Below the pieces are notes generated by a model. The model saw only the letters and a list, made by a program, of their open reading frames with translations. It did not search any database and was not told the origin of the DNA. Both the position numbers and the translations under genes were made by a program. A stretch of 64,000 nucleotides of DNA from Macrostomum lignano (Eukaryota), in assembly GCA_002269645.1 (NCBI GenBank), contig NIVC01000829.1:124001-188000 (forward strand), given 5' to 3'. This document shows, in pieces, positions 23,323 through 35,600 of the stretch (positions are counted from its first letter, which is position 1; each line of letters starts with the position of its first letter).

Positions 23323-26154
23323 CAAATAACTAACTAACTAAATAATTAACTAACTAAATAACTAACTAATTAACCAACTAACGGTCTAGTTTCGACGCTT
23401 ACGTTCTAGGAATTTAGCTTCGTGCTTCAACTCTTCCGTAGTCACTCCAAATGGCCGAATGAATCCGCACTGTGCATCCCTTGCGCAAAACTCGAAAGAA
23501 GGAAGGTTCGACGAATAAACAGAATACACAGCCCTTAAACATTGCTCATTGGAGTGGATCATCTGAAGATTGTTAAGGCATTTGCGTTAATGCTTGCTTA
23601 AAACTATCCATACTAGACAGTGATATGAATTTTCCTTGATTTACAGTGACATCGAATGATCGATTCCCGCACGCAGGCCTGAGACGGCATTGAATTGAAT
23701 AATTCGCAACTGAAGATTGAACAATTAGTTTTGTAGAGCTATTTCGAGATACTTTCCCAGACCAATGCTCAAATATTGGGTAGATCCTATGACCTAAAAT
23801 TGAATGAAATCGAAAAATTTGTTTTTGATGTCGATTACAATTGCATTCAAAGCCACGAATACTAAATGGACTGCTTCAATAAACTTCTGTCTAGATAGAG
23901 CGAAAGTCATACGACGTAAAGGTAGTATTTAGTACAACAAAAGTACAACAAAATAGTCACCCCGGCTGCAACATCCTGCCAACGTGTTACAAAGATCGAC
24001 CACCCTTGGACAAAAAATCCCAGGATCCCTTTTTGAACTTCTCTTGTTGGCTAACTTTTTGTGGGAGAAAAATCGTTAAGGGATAAAAATAAAATATTGT
24101 ATATTCGCAATGGAAATAAGCTGCATGTGGCAATACGTCCAGCCCACAGCTGCAGTATAGCTGCTGAACTGCCGAATTTAAATTTATAGAGCAAAAAAGC
24201 AGAAATTTTGAATTCTTGTGGGTTGACTTTTACAGCTGGTGAATATAGCTAAAATATGAATTCAAATGTGCAATATAATACATTCATATTTATAAATATT
24301 GAAGCACAGTCAAAGTTATTAGCTGAAAAATAACTTTCGGGATAATTTTGGGATGGTCTGGGCTATAAGAAGTATCGTAGTCTAATAAATGAGAAAAAAG
24401 AAATTCTTACCTATATTGAATTCAAAGTCGAATCCAGAATGCTTGGCCGAAACGTCTGAGCTGTACACAATCATTGCTCCACCAAGAAGTTGGTATTCCA
24501 CTTCCTTTTTCGAACTGGCCAACACATTCCGCCTGGTGCTGCCGTCCATTGTTTCATACGGGCCAGCAAATACCTGCAACTGGCCTTGGTTAAACTTGGT
24601 TGACAGATTGCCGAATCTGATCGTCACAGTTTCCGTCAGCTTTGCATTAATTACCCATATTTGGGTAAAGAACTTTGAGAAGTCATAATGTGCGTTGAGC
24701 AGTCCGTACGATCGGTACCCGTACGATCGGTACCCAGAAATGCTGCTTCTTGAGCCACTTTCTGAGTTTATTTTTTCCATGACCAACACGTACGGCAGTA
24801 TTCCTAAAATGATTATTTCATGAGAACTAGCTACCGCTTAAAGTTGCAGGATGCATGCACTTATGCAGAAAACATTTCTATAATTACCACGATGGCGCCT
24901 GGTTATAAGCAGGGGATTCATTGATCTCTGCTGCGTACTATTGGTCCTGTACGAAAACTCAACTGTCGGTATTTTAGTTGCTCTGAGCCTGATGAGAACT
25001 GACCAGGATGTGGCCAACCAGAATTCCGACGTCAATGCATCGGAATTGGAAAGCTGAAGCACCTCCTTCTCCTTGTTGGGCACATCGGTGTTGACATAGA
25101 TAAACACTTTGCCGCTGGAGTCCAGTGAGTCCAAGTCCAGTCTGTGGAAATTGATCCCAATGAACTCTCTAGCAGTGAAGAGCCAACAGATTTCTTTTTT
25201 ACCTTGACTAACTTCGTTATCGAAGGTAGGACTGCGGACTCTTCCATTACTAGCTTTTAAAACTATCGTCCGCAAGCAAGCGGCTGAAACAATACGTTGG
25301 TAATACAGAACTTTTGAAACATGTGAGAGAGTTTGTCCGGAATAGAAATTATTGATTTTACTCACACGCCTCTATAATACTAAATGAAAATTCAAATCCA
25401 TCGGTTGAATTAGTAGAATAACCACCAGTTGTAAATAGCAACGTTACACTTTCATTGAACTCCATCTCCGAGATAGCACTCTTCCCCGAAAACTCATACC
25501 GTGCTTCGCTTCCGATATTAGGCACTGTGCCCCGATAAATCCTCAGAAAGTCACGACCGGCCTGCGTCTTGAAGGTGATCAATCTAATAGTCAATAAATG
25601 ACTAGCTGGAACTTGGATGCTCCAGGCCAGCTTCATGTAGCTCGGGTAGCGGCTACTTCCAAACCCAGGGTGACTGTACCGGTTGCCACTTCGCTGTCTG
25701 ATTACTTCTGTGGCAGCTGTGTTACAAAGGCAAATTACTGTTTTAACTTAAGAAATAATGAACAGTGCAAATCATATAAACTTCTTCTTACCTGGTATGC
25801 TAATGTTGCTTTTGCGTTCAAAGGTAAACTTAAAGCCAGTCCGAAAAATGCTTCCGTCAGTGCTAAAGCGCACCAGAGTTGTGCCAGAGAGCCAGAACTC
25901 GGAGCTGACTGCATCTGCATCATTAATTCTGAATCTCATTTGGTCAGGATCGTTGGCGCCTGTATTCTCAAACAGGAGAATATTGTCTAACTTTGGTTCT
26001 ACGTCCACTTTAATAAATCTGATAATTTTTACACCTGTAGTATTGATGATCCATCGACTGTCTAAACCAGATCCATATCTGCTGCCCGACTCCTGATCGG
26101 GAGGACACGAGACCGCACCGCTATCGGCGGTTAGAATTTCACTTTTGCACGCCT
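20807..26154 (-). CDS. CUB-array paralogue 3: CUBx4 + stalk module + TM + Tyr tail, apparently intact (signal-peptide exon not located)
   Basis: Exons 25792-26154, 25366-25716, 24888-25283, 24411-24803 (CUB1-4), 23645-23793, 23403-23562, 21927-22093, 21700-21853 (stalk), 20922-21106 (TM: WELPLLISSSTIAVISLIALSAVSYVLF-KSLK), 20807-20833 (PASEVYLN*). All GT-AG, phase-compatible, no stops found. Confidence 0.8.
22143..23380. repeat. (CTAA)n/(CAAA)n microsatellite interrupted by three tandem copies of a 273-bp unit (22444-23262), inside an intron of paralogue 3
   Basis: Unit anchor ctatagccagg recurs at 22447, 22720 and 22993 (period 273); copies appear identical; CTAA arrays flank both sides. 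Confidence 0.95.
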
Positions 26155-26735
26155 CTTAAAAGGTAGTTTAAAAAAAATAAATATCTAGTGCATAAAATCA
26201 TAAATGATAAATGTCAAGTTGAGCTCCGGAATCAAGCCTCTGGATCAAGTCGGCTACAATCGATAATTTGCCAGACTAATCGACTTGAAGCGCGCCTTCT
26301 TGAAAATGCGGTTACAACGAGAAATAGTTTTTGACACAAAAATATTCTCTATGCAAAAACTTTAGGAATACAGAATGCAGGGGCTGGGACACTTAGCACC
26401 AACAATGGTGAAAGTATAGATAATTAATTTTTTGGCCAAATCTGGCATTCCTATTTCAAAGATTAGTTTCTGTTGTGGCCTTAGAATGCACATCGGTCAA
26501 GCCAAACTTAAAAAACCTATTTTACGAGCTATTAGCAACGAAGCGAGGCAACGTTTCTTAGAGACAGGGAAGGCTAGAAGGAGAGGACCTTAGAAGCAAC
26601 TATTCAACTAACACGTAAGTTCCTGTGACTAACACAGCGAGTGGAGTTGAAGACACGGGGGGCTTAATCATAGACAAAATATGCTTGGACTCGAACATGA
26701 CTTCTCACACTATAACAGTTTCTAAGAATGACAAT

Positions 26736-26935
26736 GGTAGTAGCTTAGTGGTTAGAGCGTCAGACTTAAAGGTTGGGGGTTCGATTCCCGATCCCACTGG
26801 AACAATTTGTGCCCTTGAGCAAGACACTTAACTCTGTATTGCTTCAGTTCACCCAGCTGTAAAATCAGCACCAGCATCAGCTGATGTAATTAAGAGTGTA
26901 TGTGGCGACCTCCAGCCCATGGACTAAACAGCCGT
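26736..26935 (+). mobile_element. tRNA-derived SINE with a CORE/Meta-like central domain
   Basis: A box TAGCTTAGTGG (26741-26751), B box GGTTCGATTCC (26778-26788), then tgtgcccttgagcaagacacttaactc...cttcagttcacccagctgtaaaat, similar to the conserved central domain of CORE-type SINEs. Confidence 0.75.
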
Positions 26936-29900
26936 ACGCAGCCTTCAGATGCGCTGCACAATAGCTGCGGCTGAGCTGCGCTGCACATATGCAACCGGTG
27001 TAATGACAAAGGCAAGCAACCATTTCTTAAGCGATGTTTGCCTAATATTCTAAGAAATTCAGCTAAAATTTGGTTGCATTCTATAGTCTTGATAGATATA
27101 ATATTTCTGTGGTTCTAGTCGAATTTTCTGGCAAGTTATCCATTACAGTTGGTTTGGTTTTGTCGTTGAATTTTGAGCTCCATTTCAGAGATTTAAAAAA
27201 CTGACATTAACTTTGTAACTCGTAAAAACAGAAAATCGCAACTTGCTCACCAACTGGTTGCAGTGCTGAGCGTGACAAAATTAGCAGCGCGACGCCAAGT
27301 AGCAAGCCGTTGATTGATCTGCAGCCCATCTGATGCAGAAATTGATTTAATATGAGCATACTTTCAACAAACTGCAAGTTGCAATGAATAGTTCAAAGTT
27401 TAATAAATCAGCAAGTTTCTAAGTTTGGACTGCCGCTAATGCGCTTCAGTGACGCGTTTTAAATAAACAAGGACGGGTGCAAGTGAAAATCACCAGACAG
27501 CAGCCAACTGCAGCCTTTAAGACGCTAACATTTTTCAGCCTTCCCCGAATGTGCTGGAGGTTGCACTACGAATATGTGCGGATAGAAGCGGCAAGTAAAC
27601 GTTTTTCATTCCAGCATGATTTTAATTTACTGCTCTCGTTGATAAACTTTCAATCTGGACCTATAGCGTTTCAAAAGTTTATTCATATAATGAAGCTTTT
27701 ATACATGTACTATAAGAGTAAATTTTTTTTGGACTCTGACATTTTGGTCAGAGCAAGAAGAAAGTTTCTCTTAGAGATTAAATCTGTTAAAACACTTTCA
27801 TTGCTTGCTTTTCTAGCAAAGTTTTAATTATACAAGCCTTTCATCACATGACCAAACTGTAAAAATAGCAGTAACTACGATAACAACGAGCTTGGGCGAA
27901 GTCTTTAACATTGATACAGATCTTTTGGCAAAAGAAAGCTGATGGCTACGGAAACACTACTAGGTAAATGTAGTCGTGGTTTAAGGTTAAATATTTAGCA
28001 GATTTTTCTTTGCGATTTCTATTTACGTGTAGCACTTTCATGTAGGTAGCTTTGGTTAGCAGTAAAAAACTTCGAACCTAATTGTGTAAATCCATGTAAG
28101 TTCTCATGGTGACATCAATACAGCAGCATGTTCTCATGGCTTACGCTCTTAAAGGAAATTAATAAGAGTGTGCACAGCCATTGTGTATTTTTTATTCAAC
28201 AACCTTTTAATATTTTCAATAGAATCTGTATTTGGCGATGCCTCTCAGAAAATGGTCATCTCCAGAATTAGACTTGATCTTCAATAGACTTTTAATCTTT
28301 TGAGTTGCATTTACAAAAACATTGCAGATATTATCAATAGAAGCTATACTAGGAACAAATTTGCTGTTGTTACTAACATTTTTAAATTAACACAGCCAAG
28401 TGATAATATGAAGTGAAATAATTGCTTGAGTTTTCACGGGTCATTTGCAATTTTCGGACCAGTTTGTAAACTTTATTAAACCTTAGCAATTTCAAGTTGA
28501 ACTTTCTTTACATTTATATATTTAGACCTAAAATTCCAAAAATATTAAGCTGAAGTTACGCGTAAGAAATAATACATCTGCATGTATTTAAAATAAGAAA
28601 CGGCCTTTCAATCTATGCCAGCGTCCATCAAGTGTTTCCCGAACGGAAACCATAGACAAGATAACTACTCTCGTAGAGCGAACTTCACCGGTAGACGAAT
28701 CACAAGGATTAGCAGGAATGTAAATATTGAAGGCTTCTGCAAGCGAATATAATTGGTTATTACTCGTAAGTTTTCCGATTCAATAGATGTATATAAACAC
28801 TGAATCGGAGAACTTCAATTCTAACCATATGTAACTTTAAATGAACCTGCCATTTTCCTTACTTAGTCGGGGCACGGGCAACTAAAGCAGAAGGAACCTA
28901 CACTCAAGATTTCAAGATTTAAGTTTTTTAGCACAACATCCACCGCAGTCTCGCACCTTCTGGAACTCATAGGAAATCGGGAGTGTCTCATACTGTGTAT
29001 TTTGTGCGAAAATTTATTTCCAGAAATCGGCCTCACGATTTGCCAGTATAGCGTTTGTCTTCTTTATCCATGAGTACGTAGAACGTACACAAAGCCAGTG
29101 CGCATAAATGAAAGCATTTTAGCATTATTGAATAGATGGATTGAGCTCTCAGTAAAACCAAATCAACCGACACATCGATATACTATGCAATACACAACAT
29201 AGCTGCAAGGCTTCCTGGAGTATACTGGGTGCAGATGGGAGGTGTTGCCGCCCATTCCACAGACCCATGGCAATCACGGGCAGCTGGTGCTACGATGTCG
29301 CGCAGGAAGATCCGGTGGTGCCGTCGTTCGCAGTTCTGTCCCTCTCTAGAAAGTGGGTGATCGGTCGCCCGGTAGCCCATAGGCATGGATGAGGTGGCAG
29401 AAATTCCCGTGCTTAAAAATATCGGAGAGATCCGGGTTAAAGGAGACATTTAAACATTAAATGCTTCCTTGAACTGACTAGCCATGACTTGAGATTAGCC
29501 GTGGCCACCGCCTTGATGCCCATACGGTTGAGTCCTGCGGAGGGCGGGGGAGAGGAACAGAGGACGACAGAGCTGAAATACCAGTCATCCTTACCTCTCC
29601 CTGAGCTGCGTTGCCACCCAGTGGTTAATCTAGACTGGTAGCGACAGCAGTATGATGGAGGCCACATGCAGGGGGTCAAAGAATATAAAGTGTTGCACAT
29701 CATCTCGAAATAATGATAATGAATTTCGCAAAAATCAGTATTTTATGGTATGTTGTGTTGATAATTTTGTTTAAATTCGTTCATCCTTACAAGAAATGAA
29801 GTTTTTTCACAGTTTTTTCAGAAGTTTGTGAAATTGCACAAAATAAAGAACAAGTACTGTAAACAACTAATCAGATCGAAGGCTAAAATGATTGCGCGGT

Positions 29901-30331
29901 GGGTCTGACAATTCCACGACAAAGCTACGATCGTACTTCATTTTCTCCGGGCTTAGACTAGATAGCTTGGAGCTGTCTCGCTGTCGTTTCTGATTTTTAT
30001 AGTACGCTCGTACAAATGGTATGCTAACAGATATCAGCTACTAATAAGTAGTAGGAAAGGAATACGAAAAAACTCTTATCACATGTGCAATACGAGTGAG
30101 GTAAAAATTATACGCTCGTAGCTTCATCACACAACCAGCGAGAGACATTACTGCCCATTCCCACGACTCCCCTGATCACAACACAATCATACGCACCGGC
30201 ACTCTCACGTACAGAAGTGTACAGCAGCCTTAAATTTATTAATTTATCGTTCGGAATGTACACTTCACCGTGCCTTGGGGTTGGCCCTCAAGGCCTTTAA
30301 TAGCATGAGCAGAGCCAAGCCTCAAATAAAT

Positions 30332-30565
30332 GTGACTGCACTTGGATTCGAGCCTGAGCCACAGACACTACCTCGCTAGATCACTAGGCTACGGACCCGG
30401 GGTAATACTTTTTTATTGCATGAGCCTTCAAGGGAAATTAGAATGCCTTGTGTTAGGTACGGGCGTACATTTTCCTGTTTATATTTGCAGTTTATAAGCC
30501 CTGCCTGAAGTTCCCTTGCACTGCGGCTTTTCTTTCATATGATAAGCATTAGCCAAAGTTTTGTT
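30332..30565. repeat. Dispersed repeat with tRNA-like A/B boxes; second copy at about 38590-38852
   Basis: 30424-30563 aligns by eye with 38721-38850 (gcctt-aag-gaa...tttataagccctg...atgataa...caaagttttgtt); B-box-like ggctcgaatcc on the minus strand. Confidence 0.55.
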
Positions 30566-30628
30566 GGCAAAGAAGAGACGCGCAGCATTTTTACGCACTA
30601 GCAATATAGTGCATAAACTAGTTGATAT

Positions 30629-30960
30629 ACTAGCAATCTAGTGCTCCCCTTCGGGGCGCCGAATAAGCAAGGAGAAAAAATTATTCAAGGAAAAAATTAA
30701 AATCAAATTTTCTTAAGACCCAACTCCGTCTTCAGTTTTAAAAGTCATCCTAATCAAGTAAAATTGTCACGGACAAAAATGTTTCCTACGAATCTCTTTT
30801 TTCTAAAATCGACAAAGATAACAAAATAAAGCTTTCATAAAGATAACAGACATTCCCTTTGAATAGAAAAATCCCCAAGAAATAAAGCATCCCCCGATAG
30901 CAAGCATCTCCCAGATAGCAAGCACCCCTAAATAGCAAGCATCCCCGGATAGAAAGAGTC
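30629..30960 (-). mobile_element. 3' end of a second Helitron-like copy related to 18184-19708
   Basis: Minus strand gcgccccgaaggggagc hairpin (30643-30659), then actagattg, then CTAG|T; 30885-30950 carries the reverse complement of the GGGGGATGCTTGCT minisatellite unit. Confidence 0.5.
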
Positions 30961-31015
30961 CCATACGTGAATTAATAAACTTTGTCACTAGACTCAACCC
31001 AAAGGCTGACACCGA

Positions 31016-31869
31016 CTAACTAACTAACTAAATAAGTGCTTCCGGCGCCTCAGCCATTGAAATAGGCTCTTACGCCACTAGATATAAAAAGTTTCCTAAT
31101 AGGGAGTGTACTAATGTACACTAAAAGCCAAGTTAGACTATAAAGGACTGTACAGGGCAGTATCAAAAAAACCAAACCTCCCCGGGGGACAGTGACAGCG
31201 GAACGACATACCAGTCAGGAAGCCCGTGCCCAAAAACCAGGTTAGATAGACCCAAGCCTATTAGGGATGGCCCGAAGGCCTAGAGCCGTGGCTACCATGC
31301 TGGGGCCGACCGCCCACCACCCCCGGGTACAAATCATAAACCTCCCCGAGGCCAGAGGGGGTAGAGAGAACCATTCAGGGGAGCCCGTGCCTTCTCCTGG
31401 GTTAGAAAGGCCAAAACACCGGTCATAAGACCGCCCCCACGGCCGTGGCAACCCGAAGGAGCCTCCCCCCCCCCAACTAAACCCCGGGTACTCTTGCCAA
31501 CAGACAGTCTCTTATCTTTGAAGCGGCAGGAGGGCTAATCGCCGGGACTGTTTCACCCTTTGCTTCGCCAACCCGCCATTTCTATTATGACCGTGCCAAC
31601 GGTCTCGTCCTGCTCAGACTCAGTCCTGGTTCTGGCACACTCCAGCTTTAATAGGGTCGCTGGCTGTACGCTCAGAGGGCGCCTGAGGGATACCGTCAGA
31701 GCACCTTGGTACAGGTATAGGCCTGCCTTCCTATACAGCTACCCACAGCCCCTCCCGATCCACTATTACCCTCCAACCCAGCCTACTCACTCATTACAAG
31801 CTTTCAGCCAGGCAGAGACAAGTTTCACAGAAGTGACTGCGGTTAGGCGTCTCTATGCGAGACAAAACC
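31016..31869 (-). mobile_element. Probable 5'-truncated retroposon with a (TTAG)n tail and 26-bp flanking direct repeats
   Basis: agactcaacccaaaggctgacaccga at 30990-31015 and 31870-31895; GC-rich body; minus-strand 3' end ...aagcacttatttagttagttagttag. Confidence 0.5.
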
Positions 31870-32657
31870 AGACTCAACCCAAAGGCTGACACCGAGAATT
31901 GTAAAATTTTATGCCGTTTTAATGAATACTTGAGTCCAAGCGAGTTAAGTTTAACACTTTTCTTAGCTAGTGCTACTACTAGTAGGCTTTTACGGCTGCA
32001 AAGACAAAAAACTGCTACAAATAAAATAACTGGCAATAGGAAACTGAAAAAGCTATAAAGAATTCATTATTGATGAAATTTAAAAACTTATTTATTTGAA
32101 ATCTGAATATTACTTTAATTAATCGCACGATAACTTCAAACTCAAAAAATCAACCCCGACGGAAGACAACAGTGGAAATTAATTGACATGCTGATACTCC
32201 TTATTAAATATTTGAGACTGTTCCGAAGTCTACATGCTCAAAAATCGTTGCTTCGCAAGTTCAAATTGTCAAGGTAGTAAACAGAATTTAATTAATAATT
32301 TTGAACATGAGACTTCAAAGTAATTCAATTATGATAAATGTTGTTTTTTAAGCGCTACACCATACCACCTTGAGTAAATTGCAAAACAATGGTTATAGTT
32401 TATACTGTATAAAGCATCAGGACCATCAGGAATACAGGAGAACCTAATACGTATAGGGTCAATATTTAAATATCAGATACTTATAAAGCTAATATTGTAA
32501 GTAATTACTGACTTTTAAACGAAGTAAAACTATAGCAGAAATGGGGCTGAGTTTTTCAAAGCTTTTAGAAAAAAGTACTTGCCTTATATTTATAAGTGCA
32601 TTACGGTCGTTATCTCTCGTCTACTCGAGAAAGAAGTTAATCATACTCTGGGCTCTT

Positions 32658-35600
32658 TCACGTGACGTAAACTCCGGTTGAGTCATCAGGCTGAAAGTCG
32701 GATGCAAGCATGATTAATAATTTGACATTGCTGAAAATATGATGAAGTCTGGTGCCTCAAATCACATTAAAGCTGCTTACAATGCCTGCTGATTCGCCAT
32801 AGTATTGGTTACTGACTGTCGTTTGCATCTTCATTGACTCATTCACTACTGACGCATCCGGCGATTCTTTCCAAGGTGGCCACCGACCAGATCTCATCAG
32901 CACAAAGCAGGCCACCACTGCTACCAGTGCAATGATGGCGAGAACAGCCGTAGTTGATGAAGCTGCTAGCAGTGGCCGCTCCCAGACTTCGGCCAGTCTC
33001 GTCTCTTCTGTTGATGGAGTCGATATTTAAAGCAGGGCTGCTTCTTCGTGGAATAACATCTGAAATCAGCTGCGAAACTCACCAAAACCCAGTTCGGGCA
33101 GCACGAGCAGCGCAGAGCTGCCGTTGAGCAGGCGGCACCTCACGGTAGAACCCGCTACGTCTGATGGCTGAGCGAACGCTAAGAACTGCGACATTACCGA
33201 GCTGAAGCACTGCGTCCCGGTGGGCTTCGAGACATCCTGAATTTAAGCAAAACATACTATCTTGCACAAATAGCGAGCTACATAATGCTGCCAACAGCCA
33301 AAAACAACCTTCTTTATTAGCGTCGCGGGAATCGAATAATTAGTAGCCGTCCTCAGCTCACAGCGATGCCTCACACTGGGACAGGCGTGTTCGGAAACCG
33401 CACGGAACTGAATCGCTCCATTGAGTAGCCACAGCTTTGGATTAATCAACTCAAGCTGTAAGTCATTTGGTTCAACTGAAATCAATTAAAAAAGCGCAGA
33501 AACGGGCTTTGATTACATAGTTTGTTTTAAATGAATCAAGGGCCTTGCTTTTTATGCGCTGTTATGAAGGAAACTATTAGCCAGAGAGTTCAAAAGCGAT
33601 ACCTGGAGGCAATTCGCTGAATTCAATCGAATCGAGCATTCCTGGCACAGAGAATATGCAAGACACATTGCGGCTGCACACTTGACGCTGCCACTGCCCG
33701 AAGAAGTGGAATACTTTGCCCAAAGACGTCGGGACAATTCGATCCTGTGGTAGCAGGTGAAGCGACGACTGAGCTTAATAATTGATGGTGTGTGAATAAC
33801 GTGAGCAATATTGACTAGAACAAAACTATTATGAAAAAAAGTATCAACTTTAATAGGCATTCATCTGATAAAACTGTGCAAAATGGCAAATACTTTGGAT
33901 TTATCTTACAACACGCATTGGGATTTCGATGGTTCCAGTCCCACACTCCTGGTGCAGCCGACATTTCGCTGACAGGCCTCGGATGTTTGCAGCTGTTGTA
34001 AACAAAATGCGCACTGCAGCACCCGCGGTGATTCCAGCAGAATCTGGGAATCTCCATTGAATTTCTCGAACAGCTGGGATAAGAGAATGATTATTGCAAG
34101 GAGCTGAGAATCTTTTCTTTTATTTTCAATTTTTAGCATTGAATAAATCAGCTGTACATAAGACATATTTTTTCACCTGATTAGAACTCTCAAAATTCCC
34201 GCCAATTTCACATGTTTATTTGAAAACAGAGTCAGAAACGCCTAATATTCGAATAAAGTATTTCTTATTTTAGAATCAACTTTACGATGAAGAAAGTAAT
34301 AGCATGTTAGATTGCTATTTTTCGTTCAATTTCGATTCAAGTGACGTTATGCGAATATATATACTTCTTGTTCTAATGAAGTTCTTTATACTAAATTCCT
34401 ATTTTTTGTATTCATCTATGCATTGATTTCATAATCTTAACTCAACTCACGCAGTTGCATAACCGGCAGAGAATAGTTGACTGTTCCGGCTTGCTTGTAA
34501 CAAAGTATCGTGGAATTGACTGTGTCGATGAGCTCAGCCACCACAGCAAAGTCTGTCTGAACTCTGCTCACACACTGAGAAGTACGTGGCTGTGATGCTT
34601 GCTGAAGTTTTTATGCCGCAATTGTATCAGAATGAAAATACGCTAGCTGGGTATTGTAAATTGAAGGAAAATACAATTGCGTATATCTGCATATCAGTAC
34701 GGGCCTACAGTACATCGTTTAGTTGTACACGCCTATCATAGCAATTACTCTAAGTATATTATATTATGCTAAATATTTTAACTACGCATTATTACATTAT
34801 TCTTACCCGCTTCACTTGCGCAGCAGTGACTGCGCTTCCATTGAAAAGCCTCAGCTCGCAGCGATGCCTCACTCGCCGACACTCGGCTTGAGACACAGCT
34901 CGAAACCGAATCAAACCATCTGAGAGGCTCCACAGCTCAGGCTTTATCAGGCTGATTTCAAGTGAAACTGGCTCAACTGAAAGTTATTTATATGTATGAA
35001 GGAAACTAGAGCAGGATAATCATTAATCTGATACAGTTATTGTATGGCTTTGCTAATTGTCGAATTCAGACACTTTCACCTATTCAAAAATTTTTTGCAG
35101 ATCTACAGTCTCAGAAAATGATTAAATACGTTTTACCATCAGGTGCTGGTGTCGATTCAACCAGTTCATTCCTACCGCTGCCACGGAGTCTGCACGTGAT
35201 GTTTCGAATGCAGACAGCAGTATCTGAGACGATTCCAGAAAATAAGAACAATTTTTTAGCTGATCTTCGCTGTGAGTAGATCGTCTGAGGCAATGGCAAA
35301 CAATTCAGATAATTTAAGACCTCCGTAAATTTGGTTTTGATTTCAAATTAAAACATTAAAAGGTCGAAAAAGATTACATTCGCTATGCAAGATTATAAGA
35401 AAAACTTAAACCAGTAAATATAAGCAACTTTTTTCGAAAATTTAATGCACGAAAATGCACGGCTTACGGAATTCATTGCCATCTCCGAAGTTCGGCTTCC
35501 ACATTCAAGATTTAAGTAACACCTGGCTGATACATTTTGATCCAGGGAAATCAGTGAAACACTGAATTTCGAGCCGCCTATAGCCATTCTGGTCCATTTT

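Noticed and set aside
26736-26810. tRNA gene
   Set aside because: A and B boxes are present, but the acceptor stem does not close and SINE body sequence follows, so it is called a SINE head.
28600-28760. Minus-strand SSTGEVRS...LDGRW faintly resembling a CUB1 start (possible sixth paralogue)
   Set aside because: Too short and divergent; the rest of the domain is absent.
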